Source: a virus
Lineage: Duplodnaviria > Caudoviricetes
Length of the DNA stretch: 64,000 bases
Direction: 5' to 3' (one strand)
IMG/VR virus record: IMGVR_UViG_3300027807_000003
Location: 1 to 64,000 of that record
The stretch's first letter is position 1, and every line of letters starts with the position of its first letter. Position numbers and translations under genes: made by a program. Below are positions 19,679 through 30,335 of this stretch, piece after piece. The notes under the pieces are model-generated. The model was not told the DNA's origin, did not search any database, and saw nothing but the letters and a program-made list of their open reading frames with translations.

Positions 19679-21166
19679 ATGCTACATATTCAAGCTCAAG
19701 CTAGAGAAATTATCGACAACGCGCTCACCTGTGAGTCTTTTATGTCTGTGGTTCTAGCTCACAGCAAGATTGTTGATAACAGTCTTATGTTTGCAAATGA
19801 GTTACTAGCAATTATGCTGGATGATAAGGTGGCTATCCCCCCAGTTTCTGATACGATGCCATATAGCGATCGCTGGAGGTATAAAGTCCTTGAGATAATT
19901 GTCAGGGACAAAGCATGGAAACCCCTACTAGACAAGATTAAGGAAGTCCCTGCTGCAAATCTTGTCTCCTTTGAACGTGCTACTCTTGTAGCCATGATTC
20001 ATATCTACAAACACTTAGTGTCTGTAGATTATCTGAAAATGGAAACACCAGCGATTAAAAGTGGAGGTGAGCGATCGTCTTCCGAGGTAATATATGAGCT
20101 TGAGAATTTATACAAGCATAAAAAGAATTTAGAGGATAGGGGGTTATTCTCTAGTGCTATCTCTGTAGATAGTGGCATCAATGAAATTGAAAGCTTATAT
20201 AAATACGTCTATCCAAGTATTGCTGATAGGTATTCTAGCTTTCCTGATGAAGCGAGGACAGCAATTGAGTCGGCGATCTACTCACTAGATCCCATTCAAT
20301 CAGGAATATCTGATAGCTTTGGTTTACCTTGTATTCGTAAATTGTCCGGCATCGGCAATATAGCCGTAAAAGATGCTGTATTTAGTACTAAAACTTGTAA
20401 AAATATTATAGATATGATGGGTAGAATGGAGGCATCATATACACCACTGCCCAAGCAAAAATCTAAAAAACGTGTTCGTAAAGTCGAATACGGTAATGAT
20501 ATTTCTCGTCTGTTACCAGATGAGTTATTAAAGGATGATTATTTATTCTATAAAGAGTTCGCAGATCAGTCCCTTCTCCAATATGCTGAAGGTGGAACAT
20601 CTGGAGATGGTAGAGGACCGATCATCGTTGTACTTGATGAAAGTGCAAGTATGCGGCATGCAGTAGAAAGGCTTTCTGCTGATATTAACCCTACTACCAG
20701 AGCGACTTGGGCAAAGGGGTTTACATTAGTTATTCAAAAACAAGGTATAAGACAAAAGCGTAATGTATATATTGTGGGCTTTGGCGAGGCAATTAAATAT
20801 AAATTTAGCCTGAATAACCCTACATTAGAACAGATGGATACCTTAATAAATAAGGGTGTAGACGATGGGACAAACTTCGCTCAACCATTAAGAGAATCCA
20901 TAGAGATTATTAGACAGAATAATAAATACAAAAACGCCGATATTGTATTTATTACAGATGGGCAGGATAATGATTTACGCTACAATTATAAGTTATTAGA
21001 AGAATATAAAAAGATAAAAAGTGATCTTAAATTCAAGTGTTATGGTATACTAATCGGAGGGGATAAATATAACCCCGGTGCGTTAGGTTTAATCGCTGAC
21101 AGTATAATATCTATATCCAAGCTAGCTGACACTTCAAACCTAGCAGATATAGTCAACAGTTTATAA
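19679..21166 (+). CDS. ViaA-like VWA-domain protein
   Basis: YGNDISRLLPDEL, GPIIVVLDESASM (MIDAS), GTNF, DIVFITDG. Confidence 0.9.
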   Translation: MLHIQAQAREIIDNALTCESFMSVVLAHSKIVDNSLMFANELLAIMLDDKVAIPPVSDTMPYSDRWRYKVLEIIVRDKAWKPLLDKIKEVPAANLVSFERATLVAMIHIYKHLVSVDYLKMETPAIKSGGERSSSEVIYELENLYKHKKNLEDRGLFSSAISVDSGINEIESLYKYVYPSIADRYSSFPDEARTAIESAIYSLDPIQSGISDSFGLPCIRKLSGIGNIAVKDAVFSTKTCKNIIDMMGRMEASYTPLPKQKSKKRVRKVEYGNDISRLLPDELLKDDYLFYKEFADQSLLQYAEGGTSGDGRGPIIVVLDESASMRHAVERLSADINPTTRATWAKGFTLVIQKQGIRQKRNVYIVGFGEAIKYKFSLNNPTLEQMDTLINKGVDDGTNFAQPLRESIEIIRQNNKYKNADIVFITDGQDNDLRYNYKLLEEYKKIKSDLKFKCYGILIGGDKYNPGALGLIADSIISISKLADTSNLADIVNSL

Positions 21167-21224
21167 CTATTCTAATAATAATCAACCTTCCCAGTGAATT
21201 AGCCCCGCACTGGGAAGTCCACTA

Positions 21225-21410
21225 ATGGGGCAAAAAGATAACATGCCACTGTACATAGACGACCACACTGTTGAGTCAATTGCCAATTCTATTCAGGATT
21301 GGAGCGACACTGACAAACTTGAACTGATAGCTGTTTTAGCTAATCAAGTGCGAGAAGATCTTCTTCTATCGTCTGAAGAGGAAGAGGAAGAAAACATAGT
21401 TAACTCCTAA
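21225..21410 (+). CDS. Hypothetical protein
   Basis: Short acidic ORF. Confidence 0.55.
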   Translation: MGQKDNMPLYIDDHTVESIANSIQDWSDTDKLELIAVLANQVREDLLLSSEEEEEENIVNS

Positions 21411-21473
21411 TATACTCGCCCTACCTCTTGGTGGGGCAGCATACTTAAACCAAGAACAGGAACAAGAAGCAAA

Positions 21474-21776
21474 ATGGCCCCCAGACAAAATAGAAAAGCT
21501 CACGCTAAAAAAAGTAGTGCAATTGTCTCTCTCAGGCAAATTCCTGAGCTAAATTATCCTGCGCTAGACAGGATATCACGAGGGAATGGCAATGGAGGGA
21601 GGAGCGATCGCTACTACCTTGACGAAGAAGAAGATGAAAGCGATGAAGAATATCATCGGGGTTCCGGCAGGAATTCCCCTGACGATATTCAAAAATATCG
21701 CCAAGCAACAAAATCGGCGTTCCACGCCGGTGCAGCGATCGCTGACTTGGTATTTGATTTGTGGGAGATATTCTAA
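21474..21776 (+). CDS. Hypothetical protein
   Basis: 100-aa ORF, coupled to the next gene. Confidence 0.6.
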   Translation: MAPRQNRKAHAKKSSAIVSLRQIPELNYPALDRISRGNGNGGRSDRYYLDEEEDESDEEYHRGSGRNSPDDIQKYRQATKSAFHAGAAIADLVFDLWEIF

Positions 21777-22327
21777 TGCTCCCGCAGTCCCTGTCAACAC
21801 AACCTTTGACGGATCTGTGCAATTTTTTGGCAGATGCACTGTGTCTGCCAAAGGCAAATTGTACCCCCATATATACCTATGGGGATTTTCACTACGGTAT
21901 CCGCCATGATGCCCCTTGGTATCGCGGGTATGGATTCGATGGTAAAGGTCATTATGTCGAGGGACGGATGATGGCATCTGATGCCTGTCATGAATTTATC
22001 AGACAGTCCATTGATCGCCGGATCTACAATCGGCATAGCGACAGAAATTATTTATCCTCAAAGCAAATCAAGTGGGAGTCAGCCCCCGAAGATTTGCAGG
22101 AGTACTGGGAACTCCAGCAGCAAAACCCAGAGGCTTTGGTCTTCTACCAAAGTTGCTGCTACTTCGATCAAGCTTTCATTGCCTCCAGGTTCCTCCCCGG
22201 TCTGCTGACAGATCGCAGGGAACTAAAAGAGGGAATGATTCTTGCACTTTCAGCCCCCGAAAGAGTTGAAGCAAAGTTATATCAAGTTCTGAGGGAGGCA
22301 GGATTTAAAGTAGTTTTAGCAGGATAG
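21776..22327 (+). CDS. Protein with C-terminal MutS domain-I-like fold
   Basis: QEYWELQQQNPEALVFYQ...A.IASRFL..LLTDR...LREAGFKVV. Confidence 0.6.
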   Translation: MLPQSLSTQPLTDLCNFLADALCLPKANCTPIYTYGDFHYGIRHDAPWYRGYGFDGKGHYVEGRMMASDACHEFIRQSIDRRIYNRHSDRNYLSSKQIKWESAPEDLQEYWELQQQNPEALVFYQSCCYFDQAFIASRFLPGLLTDRRELKEGMILALSAPERVEAKLYQVLREAGFKVVLAG

Positions 22328-22379
22328 TAGTTATATACTTGGGTGGTCAACTACTGCTCAAGTATATGCAAAAAACAAA

Positions 22380-22724
22380 ATGAGTCCAAGAAGCCCAAGG
22401 AGTAAAAAAGTAAAAATAGTTGCCAAGTGCCCTCACTGTGGTGGCGATTCCATCAAAGCTGGCGAACTCCCCAGCCGCCCACCTACTCAACGGTGGAAGT
22501 GTAAAAGCTGCGAAAAACACTTCAAGCAGCGCAAAGATACCGTTATTCAAGAGGTGGAAATCAAGAAAGATCCCAACGATGATTATGTGCGATCGATTAC
22601 GGTAAAGATCCCCCGCGATCTTGAGCGATTAATCAGGAACCAAACAAACATACAGCAGTTTGTTGTACGTATCCTGAGAGAGTACAGGGATCAGAATAAA
22701 AAACCTAAGACTCCTGCTGTGTAA
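22380..22724 (+). CDS. InsA-like zinc ribbon plus ribbon-helix-helix-like regulator
   Basis: CPHC...QRWKCKSC; ITVKIPRDLERLIR. Confidence 0.7.
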   Translation: MSPRSPRSKKVKIVAKCPHCGGDSIKAGELPSRPPTQRWKCKSCEKHFKQRKDTVIQEVEIKKDPNDDYVRSITVKIPRDLERLIRNQTNIQQFVVRILREYRDQNKKPKTPAV

Positions 22725-22751
22725 GGTTTCTAGACATTTTAAGTAAAGTAG

Positions 22752-22780
22752 TTGACAAGAAAATTGTTATCTACTATAGT
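22752..22780 (+). promoter_or_regulatory. sigma70 promoter related to the 165-bp cassette
   Basis: TTGACA-N17-TATAGT, with the same flanking GTAAGGTTTCTAGAC and AGTCTAGTTTTAGAC. Confidence 0.8.
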
Positions 22781-22827
22781 TAAATCTAGTCTAGTTTTAG
22801 ACGGTCAAACCAAGTTAATTAAGGATA

Positions 22828-23871
22828 ATGATGCAAGTACGATATTTGGTTACTACCCGCGCCGACATTTTCAATACAGTATCCGAAAACTGTCGGATCT
22901 GGACTGTAGACGGTACAATTCCCGGTACCACCCCCCGGACTGCTTGGGGCGATCGCGTGTTCGACCACCACCGTCCGGGGGGTAAAGCCATTCAGATTGA
23001 CGAGATGCCTTTACCGTTAACTGCTTCATTAATCGAAGAAACTTTCTTCCCCGTGAAAGAAATCATCATCGCTACCACCCAAGTGGATGCCGATGCTTGT
23101 GTAGCTGCGGCGTGGGTGCAGTTGCGACCTCATGAAATCGATCCAAATAATTTAGAAAAGCTAAGGGCGATCGCCTATGATTGTGATCATTTAGCCGTAC
23201 CCCCCGAATTATCCCATCTGGCCGATTTTGCGGCGCAAGCCGTAGCCGCGCTAAAGTCTGGATCTGATACTCTGGTGGCTGAATTGGAGCTACCCGCTGA
23301 CCGCAAAGTTTGGAGCCTTGATCAAAAAGAATTCTTCAATTCCCACGCATTTAAAATAGGGACAGAATCGATTGTAGATGCTTGCAGAGGAATCCGCGCC
23401 TGGCCAGGCGAGAATGGTGAAGCTGCCGAATATTGGCAGAAGGTAGAACACTTTACCGAGCAAATCATCAGGGAAAATCGGGTTTCCCTGCATGGAGGAT
23501 GTCTGCTGTTTGACGCCAAGGGGTTTGGTGGTAAGTACGTCGATCCTCGTTGTTGGCTAAAGGCAGCCAAGCAGATGGGATTAAATGCCGAAATCCCAAT
23601 CACGCTAACGCAGCGTGAAGTTTTTGTAGACAATGAGTACAAAGGTTTATCCTACACAATCGGGGTGGTGCCCCTTCACCCCAAGGTTGCCAATTTGGAC
23701 TTAACCAGATCAACTTTCCATCTGCTAACCAAGGCAGAAAAAGAGATTAACCCCGAAGCAGATGGATGGGGTGGCAGAGCAACAGTAGGGGGTTCCGGAT
23801 GGAACACCCCTTCACAATTAAGCGCAACCAAAGTTTTAGAAATAGTAATTGCTGCCTATGTAGATCAGTAG
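22828..23871 (+). CDS. DHH-like putative phosphoesterase
   Basis: VDGT, FDHH, DADA, DCD, GWGGR motifs. Confidence 0.6.
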   Translation: MMQVRYLVTTRADIFNTVSENCRIWTVDGTIPGTTPRTAWGDRVFDHHRPGGKAIQIDEMPLPLTASLIEETFFPVKEIIIATTQVDADACVAAAWVQLRPHEIDPNNLEKLRAIAYDCDHLAVPPELSHLADFAAQAVAALKSGSDTLVAELELPADRKVWSLDQKEFFNSHAFKIGTESIVDACRGIRAWPGENGEAAEYWQKVEHFTEQIIRENRVSLHGGCLLFDAKGFGGKYVDPRCWLKAAKQMGLNAEIPITLTQREVFVDNEYKGLSYTIGVVPLHPKVANLDLTRSTFHLLTKAEKEINPEADGWGGRATVGGSGWNTPSQLSATKVLEIVIAAYVDQ

Positions 23872-23980
23872 CGGAGTTTAGCTGCATAATCCCCATAATT
23901 AAGCGATCGCTCTTTCTCCCGGTGGAGGGCGATCGCACCAATTAAGTTAAATCTAAATCATCTAAATCAAGGAGACACAC

Positions 23981-24259
23981 ATGGCTACAACAATGCACAC
24001 AGTATATGTGATTAGGTTTTTCTTCAGTGGGCACCACTGCATGATCTATGGTGCCTACTCTACCTACGACGCGGCGGTAGAGAGGCTACAGGCTGTGTTT
24101 AGTGAAGAGCATAGCTGCCTCTCTGACATATGGAGGGAGGGCAAGGGATGGGGTAAACAAAAGGGAAGTAGATGGGACATAGTCCCCCTAGAGGTAGATG
24201 AGGGCGCGGAGCTTGACTCTAATCACCTCTACGACAAGGAAGGGAAGAAGGTTTGGTAA
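23981..24259 (+). CDS. Hypothetical protein
   Basis: AAGGAG RBS. Confidence 0.7.
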   Translation: MATTMHTVYVIRFFFSGHHCMIYGAYSTYDAAVERLQAVFSEEHSCLSDIWREGKGWGKQKGSRWDIVPLEVDEGAELDSNHLYDKEGKKVW

Positions 24260-24282
24260 ATCTAAATCAAGGAGACACACAC

Positions 24283-24870
24283 ATGGCTACTGCTATTGCA
24301 TCTAAAACAATACACACGATAAAGTTCTCTAGCTTAAGCTACTGTGAGCAAGAAATCATTGCAGACACAATAGAAGAATTGAAAGAGGCCGGCAAAGATC
24401 CGGCAGAATATATTTGTGATGCATGGAGGGATTTTATGATCCCACAGAAGGTAATAAAAAAAGAAGATTACCGACCTGAAGATTATTTTAGCAATGATCC
24501 CGAAAAGTACATGGTTTGGGTTGTTTTGGGCAATGTGACGCCAGAAGATCTGGCGCACATACCACATCCGACTTCAAAACAAACTGCTTGTAAGCTTCCG
24601 TTAATTCCCTTCAAAGAGATATGTAAAATAATTGAGGAATACATATCTCAGCAAGATCTCCCACTCCCCCCTCGGGGTTACATCACCAGGCATATTACGT
24701 CTCATCCAATGAGAGCAGGGCACTGGACTGCGGGGAACCCTGACGGAGGTTCCGTCTACCGCCTTCGCTGGAAAAGGCGAACTTTTCAAGTATATGACTT
24801 TCTTTTCCCCAGGTGGAAAAATGCACCAATAGATAAACCCTACTGGGGTGGGATTATGTCTGGACGCTAG
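24283..24870 (+). CDS. Hypothetical protein (start ATG 24283)
   Basis: Leader duplicated from the 23981 gene. Confidence 0.7.
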   Translation: MATAIASKTIHTIKFSSLSYCEQEIIADTIEELKEAGKDPAEYICDAWRDFMIPQKVIKKEDYRPEDYFSNDPEKYMVWVVLGNVTPEDLAHIPHPTSKQTACKLPLIPFKEICKIIEEYISQQDLPLPPRGYITRHITSHPMRAGHWTAGNPDGGSVYRLRWKRRTFQVYDFLFPRWKNAPIDKPYWGGIMSGR

Positions 24871-24960
24871 TTAAATCCGCGATCGCTCAAACACCTAAAG
24901 GGTTGGGGATGGAATCCCTAGCGATCGCCTTCGCTGGATTTGTTATTCACCAGCGTTTAA

Positions 24961-25821
24961 GTGACCATGTTTGTTGAATTAGAAAAAGTAAGTTTTCGGA
25001 TTCCTGTCACAGGAAATGTTGGGCATCAAAACTGCTCAAGTCTTCATTACAAGGTCGAACCTCAACAAGATGAATATATTACCGTTGAGGTCAAATGGTC
25101 CGATGAATGGGATTTATCCAGCGAAGTCCATACCCTCCAAAAAGGGTTAGCGGAAGTATGGCTTTGCATACCTTCAGGATCACTAAAAATCTTTAATGTT
25201 AAAGTTGAAATTGTACCAGGAGAATATTCTCAAGAAGAGAAAGAGATTATTTTCTCCGGACAGGGAACTTGGGACGGTAAATCCGCTGGACTGCTTGGCG
25301 GTATGTCAGGATTCGGTAACTTTTACTTTCAACGTGATTTAGCTATTGTCAAAAAGGGTGTTTTTCGCCCTGATAAAGACATAAACATTCGGGAATACGA
25401 AGGATTGGCGAAACTTGCCAGATTCAGAAAGTCTGGTCAATCTTACCCTCCACTTAGTGAGGAGTTTGAGATTGCCAAGTATTTATATCGAAATGAGGAA
25501 TGGACAGTACCGAATCTGTCCGAGTCTGAATGGAACGGGTTTCTGTGCGATTGCCTGCAAGATATACGGGTATGGTATTCTGAAAGGTTAAAAGAAATTC
25601 CTCAAGTTGAAGAAGAGGATGAGATAAAAATCTGCCACTGGCAAGTGGTAGAAGAACAGTTTACATCATATACAATTCCTGGGCTTATGGGATATCCGCC
25701 CAAACAGCGGCGTTACTATGACGGTGTACAAGAAACCCGGGCCCGTCGTCGGCAGCAACGCCACCAAAAAATTGAGGATTTTGTTGAGGATGGATCGCAC
25801 CTCATTCCCGATAATGAGTAG
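24961..25821 (+). CDS. Hypothetical protein
   Basis: 286-aa ORF. Confidence 0.75.
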   Translation: MTMFVELEKVSFRIPVTGNVGHQNCSSLHYKVEPQQDEYITVEVKWSDEWDLSSEVHTLQKGLAEVWLCIPSGSLKIFNVKVEIVPGEYSQEEKEIIFSGQGTWDGKSAGLLGGMSGFGNFYFQRDLAIVKKGVFRPDKDINIREYEGLAKLARFRKSGQSYPPLSEEFEIAKYLYRNEEWTVPNLSESEWNGFLCDCLQDIRVWYSERLKEIPQVEEEDEIKICHWQVVEEQFTSYTIPGLMGYPPKQRRYYDGVQETRARRRQQRHQKIEDFVEDGSHLIPDNE

Positions 25822-25920
25822 TAATTGAAGTGCGCGATCGCATCCCGCGCATCCCGCAGAACCAAGGATAGCGATCGCGCTTCACCAATAAATCAACCAA
25901 TAAACAACCAAGGACAAAAA

Positions 25921-26490
25921 ATGAAAAACCCAGCATTAGAGAGAGGACAAAAGGGGATTCCGGCTAAAGAATATTCCCCAACATTTGAGGAAATCGCTAA
26001 GAAATATCCCAATGCTCCAAAAGTCAGTTTTTGGAGGCAATGGCTAAACCCATTCACCCAAGAATGGGAAACAATAAATGGGGGTAGCAATGGTTCAATA
26101 GAAGCACACAGAGAATTCGATTCCCTAGATTATGCCGGAGTAATCCGATATATTGAACCTACTAAACCACAGAACGTTTTGTGCGAGTTTAGATGCAATG
26201 GGAAGAAACACCCACTTGAATCAGACTTCAAACACTTCTCGCACTACTACCGTGTGATACCGTCTATCCTAGACGGGGAACGTGTTAAAAGTATCAGTGT
26301 AGCTGTAATCAGCTACACTGGAGCACACAACTCCCATGTGCCTACCGATAGACATTATGACGTTACTCTCACCTCTGGTAGAAAGGTGAGCAGTATAACT
26401 GAGACGGAATTTAACCAGTTAAAAAAATGGTTCCCTGATATTCCAGTATCCTATGGTGGGCGAGAAGTCCCCGGTGGATATAGCTGGTAA
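25921..26490 (+). CDS. Hypothetical protein (start ATG 25921)
   Basis: AAGGA RBS. Confidence 0.7.
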   Translation: MKNPALERGQKGIPAKEYSPTFEEIAKKYPNAPKVSFWRQWLNPFTQEWETINGGSNGSIEAHREFDSLDYAGVIRYIEPTKPQNVLCEFRCNGKKHPLESDFKHFSHYYRVIPSILDGERVKSISVAVISYTGAHNSHVPTDRHYDVTLTSGRKVSSITETEFNQLKKWFPDIPVSYGGREVPGGYSW

Positions 26491-26533
26491 TTCTTATTTC
26501 TTATAGTGCGATTGAAACAATTGAGGAGATGTC

Positions 26534-26791
26534 ATGACCAAGGATGTAAATATTTTATTAGAAGCTCAGAATGGTAAGAAGGTAAGGTTCTAGATGCCTC
26601 CTGAATGGAGGCAAGAAGATATAACCAACCTCTCCTATGAGAAGGGGCAGCCTAGCCCCTACATAGATGTTGCCTACTTTGTGGGCACTGTAACCTACAA
26701 AGGTGTTGATTACCCTGCCAGGGGAACATCTTCTTGCGATCATCGCGGGTGGAGTATCCTCCACTTTAGCTTAATTAACACTGCACATTAA
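26534..26791 (+). pseudogene. Small gene interrupted by an in-frame TAG at 26591-26593
   Basis: GAGGAG-ATG 26534 is in frame with ORF 26594-26791. Confidence 0.5.
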
Positions 26792-26941
26792 TTAAATTGT
26801 TAGCGATCGCATTTCTACGTTTGAGTGTCATCCCAGGCTACAGATCTAGAGAGTGCGATCGCTTCCCCCAGCGATTGCTTAATCGAGTAGGCGATCGTTG
26901 GGGGAAACCCGTAACCAAGTTCAAATTAGTTAAAGGAAATT

Positions 26942-27304
26942 ATGACAAAAAACATAACTGCAATTGGTGGATTAGCAGAAATATCTGCTACATGGTTTGA
27001 GGTATTTACCTCTTCTGATGGAGCGATTTTGGTATGGAAATCTTGTGATACCTACCAAGAAGCAGAAGATTTTCTGTCTTGTGGGTTCGCAAGACAACTC
27101 AAAAACCCAAGAATAAGAATGGAAAATGGTACAGCATACAATATTGGAGTGTGCAACCACTGGGTTGAGGACTGCGACGGAGAAACCAGCTATTGGCGGT
27201 ACCCTCCGGGTGGGGGTATTTCGGAAGCACCTAGTCTTCCGAAAGGGTTTGAGATCGACGAAAAACGATCTAACCCATATTGGGTTATTCGGCGAAAGAA
27301 ATAG
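26942..27304 (+). CDS. Hypothetical protein
   Basis: AAGGA RBS, ACCAAGTT leader. Confidence 0.7.
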   Translation: MTKNITAIGGLAEISATWFEVFTSSDGAILVWKSCDTYQEAEDFLSCGFARQLKNPRIRMENGTAYNIGVCNHWVEDCDGETSYWRYPPGGGISEAPSLPKGFEIDEKRSNPYWVIRRKK

Positions 27305-27337
27305 CTAAACCAAGTTAATTCATAGGAAAGAAGCAAA

Positions 27338-28048
27338 ATGGACATCGGAAAGTTTCTGCAAGGGTGGGATCACCCAAGTCGATACGGGATCGACTACTCT
27401 CATTTTACAAGAGAAAGCAAACATCCACTGACAGACAAAGGTCTGTATGCCTCTAGGGGTGAGGTCTGGAGGCATGATTATAAGTATGAGATAGTAAGCC
27501 CAGATGGTTTGCTAAAAATGGGTGGAAAAGTTCGTTTTGAAGTTGAACCGGACAAAATAAAAAAGGTCTGGATTCAACAGCTTTTCGAGGAAATCCCCGA
27601 TTTCCCACAAGCTAAAAGAGAAAACCCACTGCAAAATATTGTCCCCAATCAGTTTGCATGGGACGAGAACAAAGCTTATTCTGTAAGGATCAAATATGGC
27701 GATCCCTATAAGCTAGGGGGTTTTGATAGTAATTTTACAGGGAATCTTGAGGAAATAAGGTTAGAAATGAGATCCCTTCAAGACTATATGTGGCACAAGA
27801 TGAACTGCAATGGAAACCCCTATGTAAACTTTGAGTTTCAGGGGAAAACATGGGACCGGAACTTTGAACTCCTGTTCTCAAAAGGTACAGGGTTGTATCT
27901 TCGCAAAAATGCCCATTTAATCTCAGGGTGTTGTCTGGTTAATGTGTTTAAGTCTGTGTTTAGGCTTGAACATTTCACAGTAACACGCCAACTGAATTTG
28001 GATGATCTTTTAAGATATATAGACGATGATGCGATCTATGCATCTTAA
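27338..28048 (+). CDS. Hypothetical protein
   Basis: ACCAAGTTAA leader. Confidence 0.75.
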   Translation: MDIGKFLQGWDHPSRYGIDYSHFTRESKHPLTDKGLYASRGEVWRHDYKYEIVSPDGLLKMGGKVRFEVEPDKIKKVWIQQLFEEIPDFPQAKRENPLQNIVPNQFAWDENKAYSVRIKYGDPYKLGGFDSNFTGNLEEIRLEMRSLQDYMWHKMNCNGNPYVNFEFQGKTWDRNFELLFSKGTGLYLRKNAHLISGCCLVNVFKSVFRLEHFTVTRQLNLDDLLRYIDDDAIYAS

Positions 28049-28168
28049 GAACTGCCACAGTTGCAGAAATTTTTGAATAGTGAAGTGCGATCGCTATACC
28101 ACCAAAATAAAAGAGCGATCGCACTTCATGCCACATAAAACCAAGTTAATTTACAAGGAAGAAAGAAT

Positions 28169-29134
28169 ATGTCGTCATACACAAAAATGGATCTCTTAAT
28201 AATTGCTGTTAATGCCCCCAAGGGCAACGCAGCGTGGATGGTAGAATATGATTCACCACGCCTTATCCCATTCAAGGTCTGCGGGATAGCCGAGGACCCG
28301 TTAGGGGTCGCGGAGGACGGCTTATCCCGGATTTCGCCCCACAATAGGGCGATCGCCGTTCTGGAAGACGGCAGAGAATTAATTTATGCCGATAACGACT
28401 TTTATGTCGTTGAGAAAGGAATGCTACTGGGAGAGAATTCTCTCCTGAGTGGTTTACACAGATCTGAACTCCTTGAGTTAATTAAAAAATCCCGAACAGG
28501 AATCCAAGCATGGGAGATGACCATAGATGCAGATTTCCAAGGCAAGCAATTTGCCGAAAATCTGGAAACTGTTCCGTACAGTTTGTACGGGGAGAAATGG
28601 TGGGCACACTATTTCGCTGACGTAATACCTAAGTTCATGCAAGAGCATGAGAGGATTGACCCCTATGAAGGGATGGAAATAATCTCCCACACCGTCAGCG
28701 ACGGGGATGATGAGTTTCCCTTCGTCAACCTCGAAGAGGAGGTAAAACTGGGGTGCGCGATCACCCCTCTTAAGATATCTGTACAAGATTTGAGAGTTCA
28801 GATTCTGGATCTCCAGATTTCTGAGCGAACCATGTTCAAGGAGTATCTTGAAAAAGGATGCTTCAAGCCAAATGATGGGATCGAAATGGGGTATTCCCCG
28901 AATATGGTTATAAAATGCCGCGATCGCTTCGGCGAAAGTTTCTACGTGGGGTGCCAGTTACTCCATGCAGATGTTTACAATCTGCAAAATCCACAAAAAA
29001 TAGTGGAGTCATTAAACCATCACCTCCACGATAATGGAGAATTCACCGATGGTAACGGTGCTAGATGGATGGAAGCCACCTTGTCCGAAGACAAGGAATG
29101 GATTTACATAGAATATGTACCCATAGAAGAATAG
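28169..29134 (+). CDS. Hypothetical protein
   Basis: 321-aa ORF, ACCAAGTTAA leader. Confidence 0.75.
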   Translation: MSSYTKMDLLIIAVNAPKGNAAWMVEYDSPRLIPFKVCGIAEDPLGVAEDGLSRISPHNRAIAVLEDGRELIYADNDFYVVEKGMLLGENSLLSGLHRSELLELIKKSRTGIQAWEMTIDADFQGKQFAENLETVPYSLYGEKWWAHYFADVIPKFMQEHERIDPYEGMEIISHTVSDGDDEFPFVNLEEEVKLGCAITPLKISVQDLRVQILDLQISERTMFKEYLEKGCFKPNDGIEMGYSPNMVIKCRDRFGESFYVGCQLLHADVYNLQNPQKIVESLNHHLHDNGEFTDGNGARWMEATLSEDKEWIYIEYVPIEE

Positions 29135-29218
29135 TTTCAGTGCGATCGCTCCTCCAGTTATTCGGGAATGAGGGGCGATCTTGTAGTGCAAATTTAAAAT
29201 TACAAGAAGAATTAGCCC

Positions 29219-30025
29219 ATGAGTGATGCATCTTATTATGATCCCCAATACCATACCAAAGTTTACACAGATGAAGAATTCCTTTCAATGCTGAAAGGAT
29301 TAATCGGGGTTTACGAGCTACGTCAAGGACCATGTAGCAAATACGATGTAACCCCCGATGATTATTTACTGATTGTTGGCTATAATCGCCCCTATTGCCC
29401 GTTATTCCAAGCCAAGAAAAATATAAGGATTATGTACCGTGAGTTCCATTGCTCAATAGCAAATCATGGTAGGTACACTTGGGCAATAGATAGATTTTGC
29501 CGTGGTCAGTATAAAATTCATACCGCCGCCATAGTATTTTATAGTGATGAGAATGGCAGCTTGCAAATCGCACCAGTTAGCGATTACATCGCTTGTGCTT
29601 TGGTATATGATCATTACACAAGTATGGGATGGGAAAAGTACAAATTCTCATCAAAATTTCCTGTTTCTTATGGGAAAGAAGTAATGCATCCCTTAAATCC
29701 AGCTTATTTGTCTTGGGAAGGGCGTATGGAATATAGATGGGTGAGGCGGCGATTAAGAAGAAGGGGAAGTTTTTTCGATCATGCCAAAGCCTTTTTGTCC
29801 CTTTCTCCAACCATTCAGCAACAATACCCAATCTATAAAAAAGAAATTGAGGAATGGTTGGGAAAGTATGGTGGTATTTGGGGATATGAAAGACTTCTCA
29901 CTTACAGGAAATGGCACGAAAAGATTAATCGAGGGTTTGAGTGCTTAATCCGAGAAATCCAATATTATGATCACCTGCCTTGCTCTCCATATTTAGGAGA
30001 AGTTTGGATAGAAAGTAATCTTTAG
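29219..30025 (+). CDS. Hypothetical protein
   Basis: 268-aa ORF. Confidence 0.75.
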   Translation: MSDASYYDPQYHTKVYTDEEFLSMLKGLIGVYELRQGPCSKYDVTPDDYLLIVGYNRPYCPLFQAKKNIRIMYREFHCSIANHGRYTWAIDRFCRGQYKIHTAAIVFYSDENGSLQIAPVSDYIACALVYDHYTSMGWEKYKFSSKFPVSYGKEVMHPLNPAYLSWEGRMEYRWVRRRLRRRGSFFDHAKAFLSLSPTIQQQYPIYKKEIEEWLGKYGGIWGYERLLTYRKWHEKINRGFECLIREIQYYDHLPCSPYLGEVWIESNL

Positions 30026-30054
30026 TCAATTCATTAGTTTACTTAGGAGTAAAA

Positions 30055-30297
30055 ATGTCAGTAATTAAATTAAGCTTTCAAGCGTTTGAAGAAGTTAAAA
30101 AGAATCTAACTCAGAAAGAAAAGGAGGAATTAGCGAGTCTAAATCTTCCCGAAGACTTAGAAGATCAGATTTATGATTTAGAATTGTGGCTAAAAAATAA
30201 GCCTCACTTATTTTCAATATATAGCCAGATCTTAGATAAGCTAATGGATGAAGATATAGAGGGTATGAAAGAGTTTTCAAAGGACATTTACTTATAA
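30055..30297 (+). CDS. Hypothetical protein
   Basis: AGGAG RBS. Confidence 0.65.
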   Translation: MSVIKLSFQAFEEVKKNLTQKEKEELASLNLPEDLEDQIYDLELWLKNKPHLFSIYSQILDKLMDEDIEGMKEFSKDIYL

Positions 30298-30335
30298 ACT
30301 AAACAAAGTGTTATGTCTTTAGAGGAGAAAATAAA

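Noticed and set aside
22380-22724. IS1 element
   Set aside because: Only an InsA-like zinc ribbon; no InsB/DDE domain or terminal inverted repeats seen
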